Assembly (NCBI RefSeq): GCF_004010195.1
Contig: NC_057752.1
Coordinates: 11,554,915-11,618,914 of the forward strand
Length of the DNA: 64,000 nt
From: Chiloscyllium plagiosum
Lineage: Eukaryota
Direction: 5' to 3'
Position numbers and translations under genes: made by a program. The notes under the pieces are model-generated. The model searched no databases and was not told the origin of the DNA. It worked only from the letters and a program-made list of their open reading frames with translations. Positions 50,009 to 63,957 of the stretch are shown here, piece after piece (position 1 is the first letter of the stretch; each line of letters begins with the position of its first letter).

Positions 50009-53000
50009 CTCCTCAATAATCTTTGTTATCACATTCCATGGGTCCATCTATCCATGTCCAATAACATGGCCCAGGAATGTGACTTGAGCTTTGACGACTT
50101 CCCTCTTAGCCAGCTTTATCACCAAGCCTGCCTCCCAATGTCAACTGAATGATTCTGATAAATGCTGTAAATATATCTTCCATGTGTGACTAAAAATTGC
50201 CAGGTCATCTTTGTAAATGACACAATTGCGTTATTCAGAAATGACTTTATTGGTTAGTCTTTGAAATGTGGATGGTGAATTTTTCATACCAAATGACATG
50301 ACTTCGAAGTGTTAAAGTCCATTTGGTGTTACAAAAGCCGAAATTGTCTTTGCTCTTTCAGATAAAGGTACCTGCCAGTCTCCTCTGAATAAGGCCAATT
50401 TAGAAATATAAGTTTCTGGCCCCACCTTCTCAAAACAGACTTCCAAACATGGAATTGAATATGAATCAGACTTTACAACTGCATTGCCTTTGTGATAATC
50501 TCGACGGAATTATTGGGTACCACGTGGTTTTGAAACCCTTAACATGGGAGGGCTCCAATCACTGCAATTCACTTTGATTATGTTGTCCTCGTGCAAGCGT
50601 TCAATCACTTTTTGAAACTGTGCCAATTTTAGAGTGTCACATCTATGAAAATGTTGCTTAATTGGAGCAATATTTCCCAAATCTACACCATGCATAATTA
50701 TATTCGTACTTCCAGTTTATTCCCACATATTTGCTTAAACAATAGGGTCATTTTCTTGTCCTGCCACATGCACAACTTTAAAATTGAATGGCTGTAACAA
50801 CAGGCTCCACACAAACAGTCTGGAATTTTTGTCCTTAAATTTCTTCACAAACTTCAATGAGTTATTATCAGTGTATATGATTGTCTCAGATACATTACTG
50901 GTACCCATAAATGTTGAAATGTTGTAACACCAATACCAAGCTCAAAGTCTCCTTCTCAAATGTCAAATATTTCTGCTGATCAATCTTCACTTACCTGATA
51001 GGTATTTCTATTTCCTTGTTGATTTTCTGTAAGAGTACAGCACTGACACCCACATCGCTCGCATCGATAGCCACCTTGAATGACTTTGTGCAATTAGGTG
51101 GGGCTAATACAAGGGCAGTGGTGAGTACAGCTTTCAGGCTGTCACATGCCTTCTGACAGTTTGCTATGCATTGAAAATTTCTTCTTTCATAATTCAGTAA
51201 GTGGAGCAGCCACGTTGTGAAAAATTGGTGTGAATTTTCAATAAAATCCACTCCGTTGCAGTACTGCTCTTTTTGTTGATGATATGGGAAACTCCCCAAT
51301 TATCTTTGCTTTTGAATTCTGTGTGGCCGTTTGTCCACGTCCAATAACATGACTCAGGTAGGTGACTTGGGCTTTGGCAAATTCACTTTTGACAAGGTTT
51401 ATCACCAAGCCTGCATCCCGAAGTCGATTGAACAAGTCTAATAAATGTTGAAAATGTTCCTTCCATGTGCGAGGAAAAATCATCAGGTCACCAATATAAA
51501 CTACAGCATTTGGGTTATCTGGAAATGACCTTATTGGCTTGTCTTCGAAATGTGGCTGGCGCATTTTTCATACCAAGTGGCATGACTTTAAACTGATACC
51601 GTCCATTCAGTGTTACTAAAGCCATAATCGTCTTCACTCTTTCAGACAAAGGTACCTGCCAATATCTTCTGAGCAAGTCCACCTTTTCAACGCGGTCTTC
51701 CAAACGCAGAATCAGATATGCATCAGTCTTTGTAACTGCATTAACTTCGCAATAGCCCACCCGTAACCATTGGGTACTATCTGATTTTGGCACCATTACT
51801 ATGGGTGAGCTCCAATCACCGTAACTTATTTTGATTATGTTGTTTTTGGAGCAGGCGTTTAATCTCCTTTGGAAGTTGTGTGCCAATTTTAGAGCGTTAT
51901 GCTGACAAGGATGTCACTTAATTGAACAGCATTACCTTTGTCAACATCATGCAGAATGAAGTTAGTACTTCCAAACTTATTTCAATATATCTCTTCATGC
52001 GATAGCAATAACTCTTTCAGGTCATTGCAATTTTCCTCTGGAATGTAACTCGCAATTTATCCCAATTTTTGACAACTTCCTTATTGTTCAATTTAATTTG
52101 AGGAATGTCCAATTCAGAATCCTCTGAACATGGTTCTTCCCGCTGTGTTGTAACCAGTAACAGCTTCTCCTCTTGCTTTCCTTCCCTGTCAAAATACATT
52201 TTGAGATTTCTTTCTGTCCGGAGTCCTTATCAAATAGGTCACCTCACTCAATCCCCTTTTGACTTGATAAGGTCCACTAAACCTTTAAAGGTTCACCTAC
52301 GACTGGAAGTATCACTAACATCTTACCTCCAATAACAAAATTGTGAGTTTTTGATTTCTTGTCTGTTCCCTGTTTCATTGCATGGTATGATACGTTTAAA
52401 TGCTGTCGAGCCAACTGCCCCGCTTTATTTAATCTTTCCCTGAAATTTAACATATACTCTTAATATATGGTCTCAGAATTCTGACACCAACTTCTCCTAA
52501 ATCAATTTTCGCATTCCTCTCACTTCATGCCCAAAAACTAATTCAAATGGACAGAATTTGGTCAATCCATTTTTTGCTTTTCTGATCGCAAAAAAGGAAA
52601 CAAATGGAATTCCTTCATCCCAAATATCCGAATACTCTTGACTGTAAGCCCTCAACATGGTCTTTAATTTCTGAAGCCACCATTCCAGCACCGCCTCTGA
52701 ATCTTGATGGTATGAAGTAGATTTAAGTTGTTTTATTCCTCATATGTCCATAACTTCCTTGAATAATTTTGATGTCAAGGTTGAGCCTTGATCTGATTGT
52801 ATGTCTGTGGATAGTCCATACCGAGTAAAACAAATTTGAGTAACTCTTCCACAATCTCCATTTCCTCATCAAGACATACTTTTTGAGATGGAAACATTCA
52901 GGAATATACTCAATTTCTTCTTCTATATAAGTTTTTTGATACAATTCTTTTAGTTTTTCATCTTTCTGTTGTAACTCAGTTAATTTCTCTGAGCTAAAAA

Positions 53001-54134
53001 TATCCACTTTGTCCTCCACCTGTTCTTGTTTCGTCTCAACTATTTGATCAAACATGGTCTCTGATAATTCAAATTCTTTACCTGTATTCTTTGATATCTC
53101 CTCCTGTTTCAAGCAGACGCTCTGCGACCTTGTTATCACACAGTCAGGAAAAGTCCCAGGGTACACTTCCTGTGATACCTCAGTTGCCTGATTTTCCACT
53201 GGCTTTTCAGCCACAGTAGGCAGCACTCCCACCTGTGACCCAGCCAGATCATTATGAATGACAAATTATATTCCTGGAGCTGAGAACTTTTCCAGTACTC
53301 CAATCATCCTTTCTCCAATTTTCACTGGACTCTAACATCTCTCTACATAATGGAGCACTTCTCTCACCATGGATTCCACATACGAGGACTTTTTCTGGTA
53401 ATAATCCTTCTGAGTTACATGTCTCCTCATCTTTCTAAGTCGAAGATTGACATGATTCCATTTTTTTTTTAATATTACAACTTATTTATCTGCTACCCCT
53501 GGCCTGGGTGAGTGAACCTTCCCTTCGCAAGTAAATAGTTTCAGCAGATCTGGCACTTCCTTCTCAACCAACCTCTGACCAGCTTGGACATTCTGGTGCA
53601 GCTTTTTAGCCTCCGCGGTACTTTCCTTTACCATTTTCACAAAATTCACTGGCTTATCCTGCTTTCTGACATCTCTCTTCCCAATACTTTTCCCAACCCA
53701 CCAACACTGTAATTTCATGTGGCCTACTTTATTGCAGCGAAAACACCTGAGCCTTTTAACTTCTCTTTCCCCTTCATGGGTTTCCTTTTTACCCTCTTTC
53801 ACAATCAATGCATGTTTGGCCCGGGTCCCTCCTGAGATTTCTGAAATATTGTCTGTAGGCTTCTGACACAAGCTCATATGTACTTAAGATGACTTTCTTC
53901 GCCTCCTCATATTCCACAGATACCTCCTCTGAGAGTGAATGCAAAACAACACTAGCGTTACCTACCAATTTTGTTTGGATCAAAAGACCTCACATGGTCA
54001 CTGGCCACTTCATTTGTTTAGCCACTTTCTCAAATGAAATGAAAACAGCTCTGAGGTCATTTTTATCCAATGTAGGCAATCCTTGGATATATTTAAACAC
54101 GTCCCCACCAGGCCTTTGGCTCTATCTTCCTGAC

Positions 54135-54396
54135 CTGGCCCAATAAGTGCACACCAACAATCCGAAGAATATCCCACCCAGACCAATCCCCCTCTCCCAT
54201 CACCCTGTATTTCCCAAGGATAATGCACCTAACCTACATATCTCTTCACACTATGGGCAATTTAACTGGCCAATCCACCCTAATCTGCACATCTTTGGAC
54301 TGTGGGAGGAAACTGGAGCCACCTGAGGGAACCTATACAGACATGGGGAAGGTCCAAACTCCACACGGACATTTGCCCAAGGCTGGAAATGAGCCT
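54135..54396 (-). mobile_element. HE1-like SINE
   Basis: Consensus match to the other copies; same position next to the LTR as 760-1100. Confidence 0.7.
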
Positions 54397-54944
54397 GGCC
54401 CCAATCTGTTATGGACCAGGTCAAATTCTTCAACATATTTTAACCATTCGAAAACATAACCATCCCCATATAGTAATTATTGCTAATTAACTGTTCGAAT
54501 ACCATAACATCCCATAAACACATCCCTTGGTAAAAATGTAAATTCAAACACAGATTCTTACAGGCAGGAGGGAAAAGCATGAAGAAAGATTTCAGAAGAA
54601 GGCCAGAGGACTTCCTTCCTGAAGCTTGCAACTCCCCTGGACTCATACATCTTGTGACTGCTACAGCTCAAAACAAACTAGAAAATATCTGAACAGGGAG
54701 AACTGGCCACTCCCCTTCCATTGTTAAATTAGACGTTTCCTAGACCCTTCAACACCTCTGCCTTTACACTTCTCTTCAAAAAGGTTCCCAGACCTGTCAA
54801 CCAGGTTCCTCAGCAAAGACAATTGTTTGTTTACAATTAGGACAAAACATATTCAACAAGTATGGCATCATTGATTAACATGGAATTCAGGAAGATCGAG
54901 GACTGAATGGTTTTCCAATTAAAACTACCAAAAGACTCTCTTGC

Positions 54945-55587
54945 TGTTATGGATTAGGCCAGACCACTCAAAACATTCTTAAACAGGTAACCCAGACCAT
55001 AACTTTGCAATTTGTTTTGGTAAATATACAGTGAAAATTACCTGGAGTAAGTTAGCGAGGTTGACCACCAGGTTTTAAAACAGACAAAAATTTATTTGTA
55101 AAATTATACAAAGAAAAACACGAAGAACTGAATAAAGAACTCCTCCTGATGTTAATCTATCCAAACTGGACTTAATTATGCTGTTCAAATATACACAACG
55201 GTCCGAATAAGCAAACCCACTTAAGAAAACAGTAAAAAATAGAACAAGTGCTTACAGGTTGAAGTAAGAAGGGCAGAAGGAGAGACAATTTTGCAAGCTA
55301 TTCACACAAAACTGAACTCCTAACTAGTTCTATACTGAACTGCACAGCTAGAGAGCTGACCACTCCCCGTTCATTATACAGGTCACTTCTAAAACTTGAC
55401 CACTTTGGCCTGACGTCTCATCTGTTTACATGGAAACAAAAAGACTTCTCAACACGCTTTAATCTCTGCACTAGAACAGTCTAATCAGAACCTGGAGATG
55501 ATAATGACCCCTCTGAAAAAAATCCAAGAACACAGTATCCTTGAGAAAAGGAACAGCTTTTAGAAAAAAGGAACCAGCTTTGTGACG
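54945..55587. mobile_element. Solo LTR inserted in the intron of GPCR copy C
   Basis: tgttatggattaggccagacc...tttgtgacg; absent from introns A and B. Confidence 0.6.
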
Positions 55588-56321
55588 CTCATGCTCTTTC
55601 TCCCGGTTCTCAAAAAGAGCAGAGAACAAATCAGGTTTTCCTGCAGAGATTGTCAAATTCCGAAGAACAGGTCCAGTTTGTGAAGACAAAATGACAAAAT
55701 GTTACATGTTGCAAAGTCATTTGTTCTGTGTTTTAACATGTGTGGTCATGTCACCAAACATGTACCTTTGCCTATGAAGTCCTGTACATACAGATTCTTT
55801 AGAAAACACAATGTTTTGAAGTTCTTCCAGTCACGCTTTCAAAATAACAAGCAGGTTTCACTCTGAAATGATGTCGTGGGTTCTTTTGTTTCAGATTTTG
55901 GAGAGACTATCTGGAGCAGCTTGATCACAGCAATTTGTCCTCCAATTCAGCATGTTCTTCGGAGACCTTCCTCCAACTCAATTATATCCTCAGAACCTTC
56001 CCTCCAATCCAGTGTGTTCTTACCAGGCGTTCTGCCAACTCAACATGTTTTTAAGTGAGCTTCTGTGCTACTCAGCTTGTTCTCAGCAGATTCCCTCCAA
56101 GTGAATCCGATACAACAACAACCTCTCCAACACAGTCATTGTTCAATACATCTGGACTCATGGAACATCAACAATTCTAAACACTTTGAATCAACTTGCA
56201 CAGAGATGTGAGAAACACATGGGGAAAGGGGGAACTTGTACCTAGGGCTGCTTTCGATCAGGGGTAGGGACACTACCACTGCACCACAAGAACCCGACCC
56301 TCAGCAATCACAGACACTTAC

Positions 56322-56388
56322 CAGGCAAACCGAGTACAGCTATTGCAACGTGAAATATGTTCCTAACAACTCGAACAGTTCGATGCAT
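56322..56388 (-). CDS. GPCR copy C exon 1 (MHRTVRVVRNIFHVAIAVLGLP), intact but lacking its own exon 2
   Basis: ATG at 56388, 67 nt, CCT G|gtaagt donor; intron homology to A and B ends at about 54790. Confidence 0.8.
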
Positions 56389-57684
56389 TTTCTGAGTGAA
56401 GAGTTCAATTACGTTGTGCTGCAAGTAATCTCTGTCTGATTCAAAATGGGACAAAGATCCTTATTTTATACCCTGCAGGAGCTGCCATGGGAATCTGTGG
56501 TTGCAAAATGTTTCCAGTTGTTTCTTTTATAAAGATGTCGCCAAGAAAAATTTCGACAAACGTGTTACATCCCTGGTGATGGAGGATATTGAGCAATCTA
56601 TTTTGGAGGGCTCTGCAGCTCTCTTGAGATGAAGAAATTCCATGGTGCCAATCTTAGCCTCAAAAGTAACATAAAATTAGTCACTGATTAGTCAATGATC
56701 TTCAGCTTCAATCTTTCTTACCCACACTCCAAGACCATTTGTTTCAAATCCTAACCACTGCCCTGTTAAAGGAACGTTTTGCATCAGGACACTATTTCAT
56801 TCACTACCATTGAGTGTGTATCTGTGTCTTTGATGAACTCTTCACCAATGTATTTGGTTCATTGTGGATCTCTCTCTGCTTCTCTTACCTTTTTGAGTCT
56901 CTCCAACACACCATCGCTGGAAAGTGGGATCGCTGTAACATTCTCCTACACACTCTCTAAAACCCTTTGATGAAACGTGTTCCCCAGAACGTGACACAAT
57001 CAGCAATATTTACGAGCCCACTGGACGTTTCAAGGGCTGTGAATTTTCAGTTTGTCATCTCACACATTGAAAATTGCATTTTCTTCCTTCACACCGAACT
57101 CAAAATTAAACCAATGGGGCGTCGAACCTCTCCCCGAATTTTGTTCGCTCCTGTCTATTGGGAATGCTTCCTTCTCTTCCAGGAATTTTCTGTCCCCTTC
57201 CAAGTTATAGAATCGTTTCCAATATGGACCATATTCAGTGACTGTCATTTGTAACTTCCTTCCACTTTCTCATCCCTTCCAGATGAACTACACCCCAGAG
57301 TTCTGAAGGAGGGAGCTGACGAGATTGTGGAGGCATTGGTGGTGATTTTTCAGGAATCGCTGGAGTCATGGAGGTCCCAGAGGACTGGAAAATGGCTAAT
57401 GTGACACCTTCCTTCAACTAGGAAGGGAGGCAGAACTCTGGAAACTACATGCTGGTTCGCCTGACCTTGATTATTGGTCAGAGTTTCGAGTCCATTATGA
57501 ACCATAGACACACAGAAATGATACAGCACAGAAGAGGTCCGTTGAGGCCATCTTGTACTGATCCAAAGTCACCCAGATACCCTTTCTAATCCCATCTTCC
57601 TATATGTGTCCCATTGCCTGACACCTTCCATCACCTCCAGTGCAGATTCAGGTACTTTTTAAAGAGTTTGCTTTCTCTGCCTTC

Positions 57685-58340
57685 TCTGGCTTCTCTGTGT
57701 TCATCCAGGGCCCCAAAGGCTCCCTCCAGGTGAGACAGACGTTCACCTGCCCCTCTTCCAACCCAGTTTACTGCCTCAGGTGCTCCCGATGTGGTCTTCT
57801 CTACATCAGGGAGACCAAATTTAAACTTAGGGAGCGGTTTGCTGAGCATTACAGCCAGGTTCGCAGGGGCTGACCGAAACTCCCAGTCACCATTCATTTC
57901 AATTACCCCAACCACTCTCTTTCGGACATGACCATCCTTGGCCTCCTCCATTGCCAAAACAAGCCACAGCTCCTATTGGAGGAACAACACCTTATCTTCC
58001 GCCTGGACAGCTTACAGCTCGGAGGACTCAACATTGAGTTCTCCAATTTCAGATAATCTTCCTCACGATCTCCTGACTCTCTTCCTAACCCCTCCCCATC
58101 CCTTCCACTGCTCCCTGCCACCAACCGGATTCATTCATCTGATTGACCAACCAGGTCGGACTCTCTACTTGTCTTCACCCATCCCCACCTCACCACCCTG
58201 CCCCTGCCACCCCCTTTATCTGCATCTCCCGCCACACCCACCTCCAATCCTGAAGAATGTTTACACCCAAAACGTTCACTTCTCCACCTCCTAATGCTTC
58301 CTGGCTTGCTGTGTTCTTCCAGTTTCCTGCTTGTTGACTT
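57685..58340 (+). mobile_element. Penelope-like element 3' part with a GIY-YIG endonuclease remnant
   Basis: FTCPSSNPVYCLRCSRCGLLYIRETK..LRERFAEH, HFN..H and EEQHLIFRL..GLNIEF; decayed hammerhead-like ctgaaga..aaaacgtt at about 58250. Confidence 0.8.
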
Positions 58341-58618
58341 TACCACAAACTGAGACAGTGAGCTCCAGACACCCACCACCCTCTGTGTAGAAAGGTTTCT
58401 TCTCACATCCTCTGTAATCTCTCTGTCCCCTCGTTGAATCTATCAGCCCTAGTTTTTGAAGTCTCGGTCAAGGGAAACTACTACCTCCTAACCACTGCAC
58501 CTCGACTCTTCACAGTTTAATACACATGGATATTAAGGATGAGATTGCTGAGTACTTGGAACAGTGTGGTAAAATAGGGCTAAGTCAGCACAGCTTCATC
58601 AAGGGGGGGTCCTGCCTG

Positions 58619-59841
58619 TGTCACAGAGATGGGGGTGAGTAAAAATGATAAAATTGAAAAATGAATTGAAAAGCAGTGCCTGGTGCCTTTGAAAGAATGT
58701 GCTTCAACTGTGCTTAAAGTTTGCAGGCATTGTGCAGACAGCCCCATAATTGGAGCAAGTGTATAAAAACACTTTTCAGCTCGTAGGCCCAAGCAGCAGC
58801 AGCATTTTTACTCAGACAACAGTTTAAATTCAGCCAATTAATGTAAAAAGGTACTTGGAGGCGAAGTATCAATTCAGTTCTAATCTGCTGGTTATAACTA
58901 CCTCGAACCAATCCGCTGGTAAAAAAAAATTAACATGATCAAAGGCATAAAACATGTGGGCATTTGGACATTAAGAGAGAGTCAACTGCCATATGAAGAA
59001 TAATTATTGGGCTTTCAGAAAATTTTCAGCTCTCTAAAAAGACCCATTAAAGGTACCACAAAATTTCCAACTCAAAATGCTCACATTCAATGAAAAAGGA
59101 CATTTGTGAATTGAGACCAACAGAAGAAAGATTGGAGATAAAGCGGAGAAGACATACAATGCACGAACTTGGAGCGACTAAGATTTAATTTATTGTTCTT
59201 ATTAATTGGGTTTTTGTAAGTGGGAATTGTGTGTATTAGAACAGCATTATTCCAGTAGAATTTAGTTCAGTTAGGGAATAGTTAGTACTCAGTGAGGAAT
59301 TGTTCAGTTTGTTGGTTATTCTAAAACATAGAACATAGAACATTACAGCCTTCGGCCCTCGATGTTGCGCCGACTTGTCATACTAATCTGAAGCCCATCC
59401 CACCTACACTATTCCATGTACGTCCACATTTCTGTCCAATGACGACTTAAATGCACTTAAACTTGGCGAATCTACTACCGTTGCAGGCAAAGCATTGCAT
59501 ACCCTTACTACTCTCTGAGTAAAGAAACTATCTCTGACATCTGTCTTATACCTATCTCCCCTCACTTTAAAGTTGTGTCCCCTCATGTTTGCCGTCACCA
59601 TTTGTTTGGTTAATTTGTTCACTGTTGGAGTTTGATAATTAATTAATCAATTGTTACTTGTTCATTGCAGAGTGAGTGAAATGGTTTCATTTAATTTAAC
59701 CAGTCTTTTATAATAGATTGAGGGTTGACAGGTAGGTTATACCCCTTGTCACGCTTCTTTATTAGATTATGAGGTGAGACGATATTCTCTGGGTGTTTCA
59801 GTTTTAATTCTCAGAGGAGTGGTGACCTCTGCTTTGTAACA
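58619..59841 (+). mobile_element. Solo LTR inserted in a CR1, with a nested minus-strand CR1 3' end at about 59325-59600
   Basis: TGTCAC...GTAACA termini; flanks cctg/ccag are a near-perfect 4-bp target duplication. Confidence 0.6.
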
Positions 59842-60875
59842 CCAGACAAATCTGTATGAAAACTGTAAGGAGGAATTGAGCAAGTTAGACAAACGAGAGC
59901 TAATGCGCGTGATCTCCAGTATTTGGATCTCCTGAAGGTCTTTGACAAGGTTCTGCATGGGAGACTGTGAAATAGGATAAAAGCCCATGGTGTTCGGGCA
60001 AGGCATTGGCATGGATGGAGGATTGGCAGACTGGCAGAGAGTGGGGATAAAGGGGTATTTTTTTCAGGATGGAAGCCAGTGACTGGTGGATTTCTTCAGG
60101 GGTCAGTGCTGAGACCACAATTATTCACGTAATACATTAATGGTAGTGAAGCAACTGAGGGCATTGTTGCCACGTTTGCAGATGGCACAAAGATAGCTGA
60201 ATGGACAGATGGTGTTGAGGAGGTGGCAACACTGCAGAAGAACTTGAACAGGCCAGGAGAGTGGGCAATGAAGTGGCAGATGGAATATCATGTGACAAAG
60301 TGCAGTTTGATAGGAAGAATAGAAGCTTAGGTTGTTATCTAAATGGGGAAAGGCTTTGGAAATCTGAAACATTAAGAAACTTGGAATCCCAGTTCAGGAT
60401 TCTCTTAAAGTTAACATGCAGATTCAGGTGGCAGTTAGGAAGGTGAATGTAAAGTTCACCTTCGTTGTGAGAGGGCGAGAATACAAAATCAGAGATGTAC
60501 TGCTGAGGCTGTATAAGGTTCTGGTCAGACTGCATTTGGAACATAACGAGCAGCTTTGGACCCTGGTTCTAAGGATGAAGGGGATCTAATTGAAACTCAC
60601 AGAATACTGAGAGGCCTGGGTAGAGTGGACATGGAGATCATGTTTCCGCTGGCGGAGGAGACTAGAACCTGAAGATACAGCCTCAGAGTGAAGAAACGAA
60701 TCTTTCAAACTGAGATATGGAGGAATTTCTTCACCCAGAGCGTGGTGAATCTGTGGAAGTCATTGCCGCAGAAGGTCAAGTCATTGAGTGCATTTAAATC
60801 AGAGATAAACAGGTTTTTGATCAGTAAATGGATCAAGGTTTACAGGGAGAAGGCAGGAGAATGTGGTTGAGAACA
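59842..60875 (+). mobile_element. CR1 RT 3' fragment
   Basis: FADGTKI; WRNFFTQSVVNLWKSLPQ. Confidence 0.8.
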
Positions 60876-61199
60876 GCAATGATATTACGTTGTGGCATTA
60901 AACGCCCTGAATAATCTCTGCAGTTTTCCTCCACAGACTCAAGTGGTAATAAAGCACTGGGCTCAGTTTTCCATGTCATTGTGTTTAGTGTAACCTTGCA
61001 TTCTCTGTCATCACCAACAGGACATGTCCTCTGAACAGAGACAGTACTTTTCCTGATTAACCCGTTCGGAGATGTTCCTCAATGCTGGAAATGCCCAGCA
61101 CATCAGTGCAAAGATAAGGCTGAGACAGAACTTGGTACAGACGGCACACACAGAGGCTGAAGGATTTCCAGAGAATTGAGTTGATTAGAAATAGTTATC

Positions 61200-61800
61200 A
61201 TGAGAATGTGGAGACACCCCCACAGGCCGGCGTGTGAAGAATTGAGGCTTGTTCATTCAGTCGTGGTACTGTCCATATAGGATAAGAATGCATTACAAGT
61301 AGCACATGAAATTCCTGTGGCAGGTCATGCAGAAATTTGGAAAACTCAAGCATCTGCGAATTGGCTTATTACATGGGCAATGATTCATAAAAACATAGTG
61401 CATTTCTGAAAAGTCTTATATCTATCAGGTAGTTGGAAAACCTCATCAGATTATTAAACCCCTGCACCTTTGATACCCACATCATATTTTGAAAACACAA
61501 TTTAGTTGGGTGTGAGTAAATTGTGGACGACCATTATCAAAAGCATCCCCTTACATTTGCTGATGGCATAAGCTAATTTCTAGAAAGTATTCCTTTAAGG
61601 ATGGCTACAGTTAACGTAGTTGCGGTAAAGTTAAGTCAGATTTGTTAGATTCTCACTCGTCACAGACTGCCAATTGATACACAGCGTGATCATAGTTCTA
61701 AGCTTGCATTTGACGTTTTCATAGACATCATCCGCAATTTGTTAAGAAACCCAATCGATGTGAACTGCAACCCATCTACAAACAGAGGGAAACTTCGAGA
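61200..61800 (+). mobile_element. Highly decayed Gypsy integrase fragment
   Basis: AHEIPVAGHAEIWKTQ...QVVGKPHQIIKP, an HHCC zinc-binding-region remnant. Confidence 0.5.
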
Positions 61801-61804
61801 CATC

Positions 61805-63957
61805 TCATATTGGATCTGGTGCTTGGCAATGAACCGGGCCAGGTTTCAGATCTCTCGGTGGGAGAGCATTTCCATGATAGTGATCACTACTCCCTAACCC
61901 TTACTATACTCATGGAGAGGGATTGGAGCAGATAGTATGGGAAAGTATTTAATTGGGGAAGGGAGAATTACAATGTTATAAGGCAGGAACTGGGGAGCAC
62001 AAATTGGGAGCAGATACTCTCAGGGAAATGCAAGACAGAAATGTGGAGGTTGTTTAGGGAGCATTTGCTGCGAGTGTTGAATAGGTTTGTCCCACTGAGG
62101 TGAGGAAGGGGTGGTAGGGTGTTGGAACCATGGATGACAAGGGCTGTGGAATATCTAGTCAAGAGGAAGAAGGAAGCTTACATAAGTCTTAGGAAGAAAG
62201 GATCAGACAGGACTATAGAGGTTTACAAGGTAGCCAGAAAGGAACCGAAGAATGGAGTTAGGAGAGCTAGAATGGGGCATTAAAAAGCCTTGAAGGGTCA
62301 GATTAGGGAAAACCTCAAGGTGTTGTCCCCTTATGTGAGGAACAAGAGGATGGCCACAGTGAGGGCAGGACTGATCAGGATAGTGGAGGAAATGTGTGTC
62401 TGGTGTCAGAGGAGGTCAGGTAGGTTCTTGAAAAATGCTATGTTTCACTGTTCACTTGTGAGAGGGACCTTGTCATTTGTGAGGACATCGTGAAAAAGGC
62501 TGATCGGCTGTGAATTTTGAAAACTTGAGGATAGATAAGTCCCCTGGACCAGATGGGATATACCCAAGGTTGACTGCAGGAAGCGAGGGAAAAGATTGCT
62601 GCACCTTTGTCGGTGATCTTTGCATCCTCACTGACCACTGGAATAGTACCAGATGATTGGAGGGTGGCAAATGCTGTGCTCTTGCTCAAGAAAATGAATA
62701 GGGGTAACCTTGTGAATTACAGACCAGTCAGTCTCAAATTGGTGAGCGGCAAATTCATGGAGAAGTTTCTGAGAGGTGAGTTTTAAGATTATTTGGAAAT
62801 GCATAGCTTGATTAGAGATCATCAGCATGGCTTTGTTAGGGGCAAGCTTCATAAGCCTTATTGAATTCATTTAGAATGTGACAAAACATATTGATGAAGG
62901 TAGGGTAGTGGATGAGATGGGATACAGGGAAATCTGACTTGGTGGTGGTAGGTGGAAAGTATTCAGTCTGGAGCTCGATGATCCACAGGGATTGCTTCCG
63001 AGACCTCTGCTGTTTGTGTTGCTTTATAAATGATTTGGATGAGTAAGTAGAAGGATGGGTTAGTAAGTTTACCAATGACACAAAGGTCTTTGGAGTTGTG
63101 GATCGTGTGGAGGGATGTGGTAGTTTGCAATGGGACATTGACAGGATACTGAGCTGGACTGAGAAGTGGCAAATGTAGTTCAACTTGGAAAAGTGTGAAG
63201 TGATTCATTTTCGAAGGTGGAATTTGAATGCAGATTACAGGGTTAAAGGCAGGATTCTTGGCAGCGTGCAGGAACAGAGGGATCTTGGGGTCCATGCCCT
63301 TAGATCCCGCATATTTGCCACCCAAGTTGAGAACATTGTTAAGAAGGCATATAGTGTTTTGGTTTTCATGAGCAGGGGAATTTAATTTAAGAGCCGCGAG
63401 GTTATGCTGCAGTTCTATAAAGCCCTGGTTAGAATACACTGGGAATATTGTGTTCAGTTCTGGTCACCTCATTACAGGAAGGATGTGAAGCTCAGAAAGT
63501 GTGCAGAGGATGTTGCCTAGACTGGAGGGCATGTCGTCTGAAGAAAGGTTGAGGGAGCTAGGGCTTTCCTCATTGCAGCAAAGAAGGATGAGAGGTGACT
63601 TGATAGAGGTGTACAAGATGATGAGAGGCATAGATATAATGGATAGCCAGAGACTTTTTCCGAGTGCAGAAATGGCTGTCACAAGGGGTCATAGTTTTAT
63701 GGTAATTGGAGGAGATGTCAGAGGTAGGTTCTTTACACAGAGAGCAGTAGGTGTGTGGAATGCACTGCTAGCAGTGATAGTGGAGTCAGATACATGAGCA
63801 ACATTTAAGTGACTCTTGGATAGGCACATGGAAGATAGTAAAATGTAGGGTATGCAGGTTAGTTTGATCTTAGAGTAAGATAAAAGGTTGGCACAACATC
63901 GAGGGCCCAAGGGCCTGTACTGTGTTGTCCTGTTCTGCATTCTGTGTTCTATGTTCA
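61805..63957 (+). mobile_element. CR1 LINE ORF2 (5' truncated) with 3' tail
   Basis: KSPGPDGIYPR, NYRPVSL, FTNDTKV and RRMRGDLIEVYKMMRG; tail gttctatgttc. Confidence 0.9.

Larger units (their letters stand above)
49270..54790 (-). mobile_element. Decayed Gmr1-like Gypsy retrotransposon: LTR, gag (CCHC), PR, IN, RT-RH, plus a second RT-RH copy
   Basis: YEEAKKVILSTYEL (SCAN-like gag); CFRCNKVGHMKLQC; IN motifs LKTMLRAY..PFELVFG and SGPY; RT WSSPIVMVPK and VYIGDL; RH DASDVG..YFSRKLN (AIDASDVG occurs twice). Confidence 0.85.

Noticed and set aside
52200..52330. Apparent small inversion in the Gypsy integrase
   Set aside because: The minus-strand reading (VLVILPVVGEPL..SGPYQV..YLIRTPDRKK) is colinear with the element.
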